In this document: piece after piece, positions 25,609 through 32,196 of the stretch
Position numbering within the stretch: the stretch's first letter is position 1
Layout of the letters: every line of letters begins with the position of its first letter
Source of the DNA: a virus
DNA: 42,053 bases
Virus record (IMG/VR): IMGVR_UViG_3300010372_000002
Coordinates: 1 to 42,053 of that record
Strand: one strand, 5' to 3'
Position numbers and translations under genes: made by a program
The notes under the pieces: model-generated
What the model was told of the DNA's origin: nothing
The model's database searches: none
Seen by the model: the letters and a program-made list of their open reading frames with translations, nothing else

Positions 25609-26646
25609 CTAGATCAAGCTGGCCTGCTCTGGCTTGTCTTCTGCCGCGAAACGATCAGCGGCATATTCCAAGTTGATCTTGGCCTGCTTGAAGTAGCTGT
25701 CTTTCAGCTCTACGCCAATTGCCTTGCGCCCCATGCTAACCTGGCTATATACCTCGCTGCCAACGCCCATAAACGGGGTAAGAACGGTGTCGCCCTTGTT
25801 GCTGTACATGTATACCAGCCGGTCGATAACGTCGAGCTGAAGCGGGTGTACGTGTTTTTCGTCGTCTTCTTCCTTGCTGTCTCGGTACGGCAGTACGTTG
25901 TCGATGCTGATATCGTCCCACATGTAGTCCGCATATCGGCGCCATGTGTAGTGGCTGAGCTTGTTGGTTTTCGGGTCTTTGTGGTCTGCGTATGCAGTAT
26001 TCAGATATTCCCAAAGCTCTTCGCAGGTTTCGACTTTCGGGTTGTTCTCGTCATTGTTCCATGCCTGCAAGAAGTGCGGCAGGATTGGCTGCTCACCGAA
26101 ATAAGGAAACTCGGTAAGCCCGAAGTCGTGACGGACTGGCGATTCATTAACGCCGCGCTTGGTAAAGATCAGCACGTAGTCAGGCATAGACGGGAAGCAT
26201 TGCGCCATATCCTCTACCACCAACTTGTGCATCAGGCTTTTTACCATCGTGCGCATACGAACCTTTAGCGGCTCTTTTCGGATACCAATTCGGCAGCGGT
26301 ACTGGAATCCGTACTTGTTGTGAATCTTGATAATCTCCCCAGGGAAGTCCCACAAGTTGCAGGAGTTGTCGAAAACATCCGTGCAATGAACTGCTGTGAT
26401 TCGGCCAGGCTTGGTAACTCGCGCAATCTGCTCGACCAGATATTCATATTGCTGCAAAAACTGTTCGCGGCTTTCGCAGTTGGAAAAGTCACGCTCGCTG
26501 CTGGAATATTGGTACAAACCCGCGAATGGAGGAGAATACAGAGATAGCCCAACAGAATTATCTGGAATAGTCGGCAGAATTTCCATGCAATCCGAATTGT
26601 AGATTGCATAGCTCTCGGTAATGATCTGGTCTTTAGTGGTGCTCAT
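25609..26646 (-). CDS. DNA methyltransferase, beta class (motif IV before motif I)
   Basis: N-terminal catalytic SPPF and C-terminal AdoMet motif TPFMGVGSE. SPP(F/Y) is the variant usual in N4-cytosine enzymes. Confidence 0.85.
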   Translation of the reverse strand: MSTTKDQIITESYAIYNSDCMEILPTIPDNSVGLSLYSPPFAGLYQYSSSERDFSNCESREQFLQQYEYLVEQIARVTKPGRITAVHCTDVFDNSCNLWDFPGEIIKIHNKYGFQYRCRIGIRKEPLKVRMRTMVKSLMHKLVVEDMAQCFPSMPDYVLIFTKRGVNESPVRHDFGLTEFPYFGEQPILPHFLQAWNNDENNPKVETCEELWEYLNTAYADHKDPKTNKLSHYTWRRYADYMWDDISIDNVLPYRDSKEEDDEKHVHPLQLDVIDRLVYMYSNKGDTVLTPFMGVGSEVYSQVSMGRKAIGVELKDSYFKQAKINLEYAADRFAAEDKPEQASLI

Positions 26647-28013
26647 TTCAAAAACTCCGGTAGTTGAACTTCTTTGTCGAACGCTTTGATTTTGTTGGAA
26701 AATTCGCGATTAGCGTTTTCCACCAAGTTTGTATGAAGCGCGATGGCCTTTTGTGTCTTTTCCTCTAGCGCCTGCAATACGCGCTCTTGACCTTCGCTGA
26801 TAACCATCTCGCAAGTAACTTCGCGCTTTTGTCCAAATCGCCAGAACCGACGAATAGCCTGATAAAACTGCTCATAACTCCAAGTTGGAAAATATACCGT
26901 GTGGTTGCAGTGCTGCCAGTTAAGTCCCATCGATGTCATTTTTGCCTTGGTGATAAGGCGCTGAATCTCCCCATTTGCAAAGGCCATTAGAATGTCTTCT
27001 TTCTTGTCGATGCTCATGCCGCCCTTGATCTCGACAGCATCGGGGTCTAGCTCAGAAAGAAGACTCGACTCTTCGTTTAGGTTGCACCAGTAAACCGAGC
27101 ACTTGCCGGACGCCAGTTCAATTGCTTTTTCGCAGCGCTCAGTAACCGTAGCCTTTTGCTCGGCGCGAACCTCGGTCATTGTTTTGGCGGGCATCGCCAG
27201 CATCGATAGTTGTCCATTTACGCTCCATGCTTCACGGTTGTAGACCATGTGATTGTTCGTGTGCAGCGCCGGAAGGTCATAGCCTTCATTGCTAAAGCCC
27301 AGGTCGCTAGGCCGCTTAACCATGATCGACCACTGGTTTACCCAGGCGAAGAAATCGCGCTCCGCGTGCGGCTTGAGATAGAACTTCTCGCCGATGTTGC
27401 GGTTGTTGCTGTCAACGCTGTTCTGATTCGACTTGAAGAACTTACCGAGCATGTCCATGTAGCCCATATAGCCAAGCGCTTCGGAGCTGTTGCCTAGCTC
27501 GATAAAGTCGTTAGGCGACGGGGTTGCAGTGGATAGCAGACGGTATTGAACGCGCTTGATGAACGCGACGATCTGGTCACGGATTTTGCCGTCAAAGTTC
27601 TTCAGGATGCTGGATTCATCAAGAAAAACAGCAGCGAAGTCATCGGGGTTTAGCAGGTGCAGGCGCTCATAGTTGCAGACCACAATCTTCTTGCTGAACT
27701 TACCGTCCTTCGTGTGGCAAATATCGTCAATACCAACGCGCTCCGCTTCCTTGAGGAACTGGAAAGCCACGGCCAGCGGTGTGAGAATCAGCACCGGGCG
27801 GTTAGTGTGCAGCACCACGTTATAGGCAAAGGCCAACTGCATCAGCGTCTTGCCAAGGCCGGTATCGGCAAACAGGCCAATTCGCCCCTTTTTTACCGCC
27901 TTGGTGATTATCGCCTCCTGAAAGTCGAAGGCACCATTCGGCATCCATACCGGGTCAAACCCGTGATCCCCCAGCGAGTGCCGCTTGCTGGCGATGAACT
28001 CCTGATAATTCAT
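26643..28013 (-). CDS. SNF2/DEAD-like superfamily 2 helicase
   Basis: Motifs ADTGLGKT, FLDESS, STATP and QAIRRFWRFGQ. ATG 28013 has an ATGA overlap with the upstream small ORF. Confidence 0.85.
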   Translation of the reverse strand: MNYQEFIASKRHSLGDHGFDPVWMPNGAFDFQEAIITKAVKKGRIGLFADTGLGKTLMQLAFAYNVVLHTNRPVLILTPLAVAFQFLKEAERVGIDDICHTKDGKFSKKIVVCNYERLHLLNPDDFAAVFLDESSILKNFDGKIRDQIVAFIKRVQYRLLSTATPSPNDFIELGNSSEALGYMGYMDMLGKFFKSNQNSVDSNNRNIGEKFYLKPHAERDFFAWVNQWSIMVKRPSDLGFSNEGYDLPALHTNNHMVYNREAWSVNGQLSMLAMPAKTMTEVRAEQKATVTERCEKAIELASGKCSVYWCNLNEESSLLSELDPDAVEIKGGMSIDKKEDILMAFANGEIQRLITKAKMTSMGLNWQHCNHTVYFPTWSYEQFYQAIRRFWRFGQKREVTCEMVISEGQERVLQALEEKTQKAIALHTNLVENANREFSNKIKAFDKEVQLPEFLK

Positions 28014-28180
28014 ACTTCTCTCCATGACCCAAAATACCGCACCTTCTGTATGGTGCTATGGTGAACTCCGTAGATAGCGGCCTGCTGTTTCATCGTCAGG
28101 CCGCGCCGGTTTTCGCGTATCTCCTGCACCTGGCTTTCGGTGAGCTTTGGCCTTCGGTGCGGTCGGTGTGCGGCTGCCAT
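28010..28180 (-). CDS. Small HTH protein (56 aa)
   Basis: MAAAHRPHRRPKLTESQVQEIRENRRGLTMKQQAAIYGVHHSTIQKV...; GGAGG RBS; TAATG and ATGA coupling; below the ORF-track cutoff. Confidence 0.6.
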   Translation of the reverse strand: MAAAHRPHRRPKLTESQVQEIRENRRGLTMKQQAAIYGVHHSTIQKVRYFGSWREV

Positions 28181-28380
28181 TAGTCCTCCCCTAGCGCCAG
28201 GAAGTCGCTAACCTTCATCTCGAAGAATGCCGACAGCGTCTCAATGGTCGCCATTGATGCCGAGCGCGAGTTGGCAAGGCGGTTTACCCATACCTGGGTC
28301 ACGCCCATTTGTTCGGCCAGCTTTGCCTGGCTCATGCCCTTACTGATCAGCGCGTGCTTGATGCTTTTACCTACGTTCAT
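28180..28380 (-). CDS. Cro/XRE-family HTH regulator (66 aa)
   Basis: MNVGKSIKHALISKGMSQAKLAEQMGVTQVWVNRLAN.... ATG 28380 has an AAGGGG RBS. The ORF-track TTG start 28437 falls inside the -35 element. Confidence 0.8.
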   Translation of the reverse strand: MNVGKSIKHALISKGMSQAKLAEQMGVTQVWVNRLANSRSASMATIETLSAFFEMKVSDFLALGED

Positions 28381-28413
28381 CTTGACCCCTTGTGTCGTTG
28401 CTTGGTTTTGCGA

Positions 28414-28442
28414 ACTATAAACCGGCCGGTTTTCCAATGCAA
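28414..28442 (-). promoter_or_regulatory. Leftward early promoter TTGCAT-17-TATAGT
   Basis: -35 at 28437..28442, -10 at 28414..28419, with a 14-bp palindrome in the spacer. Confidence 0.65.
28419..28432. repeat. 14-bp perfect palindrome AAACCGGCCGGTTT (operator candidate)
   Basis: Lies in the spacer of the leftward promoter. Confidence 0.6.
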
Positions 28443-28465
28443 ACGAATTAGGCTTAAAAATTAGC

Positions 28466-28494
28466 TTGACTCGGTTTTGGTATGCCTCTACAGT
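28466..28494 (+). promoter_or_regulatory. Rightward early promoter TTGACT-17-TACAGT
   Basis: -35 at 28466..28471, -10 at 28489..28494. Direct repeats TTAGGCTTAA / TTAGCTTGA lie just upstream or overlap. Confidence 0.6.
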
Positions 28495-28580
28495 TCACCC
28501 CATGCCAGCAACAACGGCACAGGCAGCGCCAGCCGGGAATAGCTGGCGATAGTTAATAACGCAGGGTTTAGGAGATAGAG

Positions 28581-29114
28581 ATGGGCCTTTATATTACCGC
28601 TTACAGAAAGCTGACCAAGATCGACGCTGTATTCGATGCTGACGGCGAACCAATCGACCCAAAAACGCGAGAGAGCATCGATTACGATTTTCATGCCTAT
28701 CTGAACCCAGACTTCCATGGGCGTGCTGACGATATCGAAGATCGAGCGATCTACTCGGCTCAAGACAGCTTTCGGCTGCGTGCTGGAAGCTATGGCGGGT
28801 ACAACCGCTGGCGAGAACAGCTGGCAAAGGTTGCTGGATATCCAGCTACTGACTACGAGCAGTACGGAAGAACAACGAAACGACACGATGCAGGCGCATG
28901 GGATGCTGACTCAGGCCCGTTTTGGGAACTGATCAACTTCAGTGATTGCGAAGGGGTAATTGGTTCTGCTGTTAGCGCAAAGCTGGCCAAGGACTTCGCA
29001 GAATTTCAGCAAGCTGCTGACTTGGTCGAAGATGAGTATTTCCGATCAAAATATTCTGAGTGGCGAGAGGCGTTTGAGATGGCATCCGACGCTGGCGCCG
29101 TGCATTTCCACTAA
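28581..29114 (+). CDS. Hypothetical early protein (177 aa)
   Basis: First gene of the rightward operon; AGGAGA RBS; no motif recognised. Confidence 0.75.
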   Translation: MGLYITAYRKLTKIDAVFDADGEPIDPKTRESIDYDFHAYLNPDFHGRADDIEDRAIYSAQDSFRLRAGSYGGYNRWREQLAKVAGYPATDYEQYGRTTKRHDAGAWDADSGPFWELINFSDCEGVIGSAVSAKLAKDFAEFQQAADLVEDEYFRSKYSEWREAFEMASDAGAVHFH

Positions 29115-29120
29115 CCCACC

Positions 29121-29139
29121 GCCCTGCCGGTAGCAGGGC
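29121..29139 (+). terminator. GC hairpin after the first early gene (weak terminator or attenuator candidate)
   Basis: GCCCTGC-CGGTA-GCAGGGC lies 7 nt after the stop, followed by AAACCTAATTTGATT (poor U-tract). Confidence 0.3.
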
Positions 29140-29167
29140 AAACCTAATTTGATTGGAGGAATGCAGA

Positions 29168-29542
29168 ATGCCCGCACCACTTTTCCACCTACAGCCTGAC
29201 CAGTTCCTTGACACGACCGATGGCCAGAACTGGCTGGCCGGCGCAGTCGATGACCTGATCGAAGACACGCTGTATGTCGCAGGCAAGCGCGTGAACGAGC
29301 AGGTATCACAGCTTGAAGACGCCATGGCAGAGCGCGTAGCCGCCAAATACAGCGCTGGCGAGGATTACGACGGCGCGCTTGGACAGGTACTGCGCAACGT
29401 CCTAGCAGGCGATATCGACAAGGCAAGCGCTGCACTGCGCCTGCTGATCACGAAAGACGAAGTTCGCGCCATGGCTGAAGAGCTTGTGCGCCCACTGGCT
29501 CAGGTTTATGCGGATAGTTTGGAGATCGATGATGACTGTTAA
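29168..29542 (+). CDS. Acidic hypothetical protein (124 aa)
   Basis: ATG 29168 lies 7 nt after GGAGGA. Hand count gives 25 D/E against 10 K/R. Confidence 0.7.
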   Translation: MPAPLFHLQPDQFLDTTDGQNWLAGAVDDLIEDTLYVAGKRVNEQVSQLEDAMAERVAAKYSAGEDYDGALGQVLRNVLAGDIDKASAALRLLITKDEVRAMAEELVRPLAQVYADSLEIDDDC

Positions 29543-29798
29543 GAGATATGACCCAATCAACAGCGACGGGACGTGCGGAACCTGCATTGAAGATCCGGAC
29601 TATGGTGCATATGTTGAGTTTGCAGACTACGAAGCCCTGCAATCCCTGAATGCCGAGCTGCTGGAGGCGCTTGAATCAACTCTGGCTCAGTGCCTAGCAT
29701 GGCAGGGAGAGCCTGACGAGGAATGGAGCTGCGCAATCCATGTCGCGGTTTGCAAGCGCGCCCGCGCCGCCATCGCCAAGGCCAGGAGCCAAGCATGA
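29532..29798 (+). CDS. Acidic Cys-containing hypothetical protein (88 aa)
   Basis: ATG 29532 has GGAG 7 nt upstream and overlaps the upstream stop. About 15 D/E against 7 K/R. Confidence 0.65.
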   Translation: MTVKRYDPINSDGTCGTCIEDPDYGAYVEFADYEALQSLNAELLEALESTLAQCLAWQGEPDEEWSCAIHVAVCKRARAAIAKARSQA

Positions 29799-30022
29799 CC
29801 GCCCACGAACGCCAGGCACGCGAGGCGATACGCCAGCTAAGTTTTAGCCCATCGCCGATGATCGAACTAGGCGCACTGATCAGCTATATCAACGATGGTC
29901 ACTATCAGCGGCAATACTGCGAGGGTGCGCGGGATAGTCTGATTGACAAGGCGCGGCGAGCGGCTAGCAAACAGGTTCAACGGCTGCGGGATGCGCAGCA
30001 TTTACTGAGGATTGCAGGATGA
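29795..30022 (+). CDS. Hypothetical protein (75 aa)
   Basis: ATGA overlap with the upstream stop; AGGAG RBS. Confidence 0.65.
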   Translation: MTAHERQAREAIRQLSFSPSPMIELGALISYINDGHYQRQYCEGARDSLIDKARRAASKQVQRLRDAQHLLRIAG

Positions 30023-30213
30023 ATAAGGTCTTATGGTCATGCTTGCCGGAAAGAACTAAGCCTCTAGGATTGCATATCGCCTCATATTGCATAACCGCAC
30101 AAAAGGGTGATCGGGCAATTAGCATGGTTCTTTCTGCTGAAAGTGTTTTGTACGCTAAATTTCCATTACTGAATATGGTGATAGAACAAATGCAAAGGGA
30201 GATTCACGCATGA
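30019..30213 (+). CDS. Hypothetical protein (64 aa), low-GC insertion
   Basis: ATGA coupling at both ends; sampled line 30121-30180 is 37% GC. Confidence 0.55.
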   Translation: MNKVLWSCLPERTKPLGLHIASYCITAQKGDRAISMVLSAESVLYAKFPLLNMVIEQMQREIHA

Positions 30214-30680
30214 AAAGCCCAGTCACCAGCATTACAGACGAGCAGTTGGCAGATATGGAGGAGCTTTGCAGCAAGGCGACACAGGGGGAGTGGTGGATCG
30301 ACAGCCATGGCGTCACGATGATGGCCATGGATAGCCTTGAAGTTGTGTTTACTACGCCATGCGATCCGAAGACGGCTGCTCGCCATCCAGAGACCGGCAA
30401 CCTCTCCAGCTGGCGCAATGATTGGGATGCCTCGTACATCGCAACGGCGTGCCCGTCGAAAGTGCAATCCCTTATCGCCCGACTGAGAGCGGCAGAGGCT
30501 GATGCTAAGCGGTATCGGTGGTTACGCAACCCAGACCAGGACGTGGCTCTAGTTCTGGACAAGATCACTGGCCATGTTCCGGTTGATCGATTCGGTGGCG
30601 GCGGATATCCGACTTATGAGTACCGGGCAGGTGAAGAGCTTGACCAAGCCATCGACGCAGCCATGGAGCGCAAAGCATGA
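30210..30680 (+). CDS. Ead/Ea22-like protein
   Basis: KATQGEWW N-terminal motif; C-terminal DAKRYRWLRNP ... LDQAIDAAMERK module shared with 21088..22076. Confidence 0.7.
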   Translation: MKSPVTSITDEQLADMEELCSKATQGEWWIDSHGVTMMAMDSLEVVFTTPCDPKTAARHPETGNLSSWRNDWDASYIATACPSKVQSLIARLRAAEADAKRYRWLRNPDQDVALVLDKITGHVPVDRFGGGGYPTYEYRAGEELDQAIDAAMERKA

Positions 30681-30805
30681 CCCTAACCGCCGATACATTC
30701 CCTAAGCTGGTGGCCCTGATCGAATCAAAGGGCCTGACGTTTAACGATATCTGCCGCAGCCCGATTCGGATTGCTGGCGTTTGGTATTGTGAGGTGGCGG
30801 TGTGA
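30677..30805 (+). CDS. Small ORF (42 aa)
   Basis: ATGA overlap with the upstream stop and GTGA overlap with the next ORF; below the ORF-track cutoff. Confidence 0.35.
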   Translation: MTLTADTFPKLVALIESKGLTFNDICRSPIRIAGVWYCEVAV

Positions 30806-30921
30806 CTCGATACCAACGCGCCCGCCGATACGCCATCTGGCGAGGACTGTGCTGGGCTATCGGCGTCTTTACTCTCTACGCGCTGGCTCTGGGGCTGGCT
30901 GACAAGATAACTGGAGCATGA
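30802..30921 (+). CDS. Small membrane ORF (39 aa, GTG start)
   Basis: (M)TRYQRARRYAIWRGLCWAIGVFTLYALALGLADKITGA: a basic N-terminus plus one TM segment. It ends 1 nt before the next ATG. Confidence 0.35.
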   Translation: MTRYQRARRYAIWRGLCWAIGVFTLYALALGLADKITGA

Positions 30922-30922
30922 C

Positions 30923-31360
30923 ATGACAATCACGAAAGAAAGCGTTGCCGCAGAGCTGAATGGCATTGAATACCCTTGCCGGATTAAAAAGGATCTTGTA
31001 GCTCAGGCCAAAGCGGCAGGTCTAGTCATTGTGTACGGCGCAAGCGATGACCTGATGGAGTTTGAGGGCGCAATCTACGACGAGCTTGGCTGCTACGAAG
31101 GCGGCGATGCTTGGATTGATTCAAAGGGCTTGCTTGACCGCGGCCAGATCGACGATGACGACGAAGCCATTGCCGGCTTTGTGGCGCGCAAGAAGAAAGC
31201 GCAAAAGATTCAGGCAATCTGGAGTAAATGCGGAAACGATGCCGCGTGGACGTACAGGACTGATATCCCGCACGCTACGTTCGACGTAATGGACGACGGC
31301 GACACGTATTGCCGCGGCATTGTCTTTGCTCTTGCCGACATTGCGCAGGAGGCAATCTAG
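30923..31360 (+). CDS. Hypothetical protein (145 aa)
   Basis: Intact ORF; the motif VIVYGASDDLMEFEGAIYDE is seen widely in phage hypotheticals. Confidence 0.7.
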   Translation: MTITKESVAAELNGIEYPCRIKKDLVAQAKAAGLVIVYGASDDLMEFEGAIYDELGCYEGGDAWIDSKGLLDRGQIDDDDEAIAGFVARKKKAQKIQAIWSKCGNDAAWTYRTDIPHATFDVMDDGDTYCRGIVFALADIAQEAI

Positions 31361-31362
31361 CA

Positions 31363-31566
31363 ATGGAAGACTACGGCGACCGAGATATGATGGCCATATG
31401 CGCATTCCGCTACTGCCTGGGGCGCAGAACCTACGTTGTGAGCGAGTGCGTTGCCTGGCTGATTCGCGTGTGGGATAAGCTGGACGCGAAGGCTCGGGCG
31501 GTGATAGAGCGAGATCTACTGGAAGAGATCAAGCGCGACGACGATGAACGGGCAGAGGGTAGCTAG
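31363..31566 (+). CDS. Hypothetical protein (67 aa; AFRYCLGRRTY motif) ending at an in-frame amber
   Basis: AGGAGG RBS. TAG 31564..31566 is followed by 28 more in-frame sense codons ending in an ATGA overlap with the next gene. Confidence 0.65.
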   Translation: MEDYGDRDMMAICAFRYCLGRRTYVVSECVAWLIRVWDKLDAKARAVIERDLLEEIKRDDDERAEGS

Positions 31567-31649
31567 TGGCACCCACTGGGCATGGACTGCGACCGGGCCG
31601 ACTGGCTGAGGCTGCGTGACTTTATTCTGGATAGCAATAAGGGTGATTT

Positions 31650-31886
31650 ATGAGTGAGTGGATTAGCGTAGAAGACAGACTGCCGGAACAGTTTGAATAT
31701 GTGGTAGCGGCTCGAATGTATGGTCATGGAATAGACCCGGATATGTACGTTTCAATGTTTGTTAGCGACAGGTTTACCGTGTGCGATGACGCGCTAGACG
31801 CATCAAACTATGACGGCGGCGCATGCATAACATCTAAAATTGAGCCGACCCACTGGATTCCGCTCCCCGAACCACCGAAAGAATAA
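31650..31886 (+). CDS. DUF551-like protein
   Basis: WISVEDRLPE ... THWIPLPEPP pattern. Confidence 0.7.
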   Translation: MSEWISVEDRLPEQFEYVVAARMYGHGIDPDMYVSMFVSDRFTVCDDALDASNYDGGACITSKIEPTHWIPLPEPPKE

Positions 31887-32000
31887 CGATCAAGGAAGCG
31901 AACGCGCAGTCAGCCGACAGCGATGCCAGGGCAGCCAGACTGCAGCCGACACCGGGAGGCGGCCCCGGCGCCTACATCCTATTCTGTATGCATGAACAGG

Positions 32001-32028
32001 TTGACTCCGTGACGTGGTGCGGTAGACT
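32001..32028 (+). promoter_or_regulatory. Promoter TTGACT-16-TAGACT
   Basis: -35 at 32001..32006, -10 at 32023..32028, inside a 310-nt non-coding gap. Confidence 0.5.
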
Positions 32029-32034
32029 GGGCGA

Positions 32035-32182
32035 GCTGAAGGTTTGAGACCCGGATGCAAGCAAGACCAAAAGGGGCAGCCCGCAATGGCGAGCACCTTC
32101 CTACCCTGCGACCTTTAGCTTCCCCGCTATGGTCGGGTTGCAGGGGAAGTCTCAAAAGGTGTTCGACCAATGCGGGCTTTTT
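32035..32182 (+). ncRNA. Candidate sRNA or antitermination leader of about 150 nt, ending in a 105-nt rod hairpin + U5
   Basis: 32078..32099 pairs with 32156..32178 (21 bp, with one G-U only in the plus sense, one mismatch and one bulge). The inner hairpin is CTTCCCC/GGGGAAG. The U-tract is 32178..32182, 15 nt before ATG 32197. Confidence 0.5.
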
Positions 32183-32196
32183 ATTGGAGCTTTGAA

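Noticed and set aside
31564-31566. Amber suppressor tRNA or genome-wide TAG reassignment as the explanation for the in-frame TAG
   Set aside because: The only tRNA has anticodon UCC. CUA-containing 7-nt loops with a proper stem were not found in the leader. TAG terminates several well-defined genes (GT product, dnaB, methyltransferase), and no other gene carries internal TAGs.
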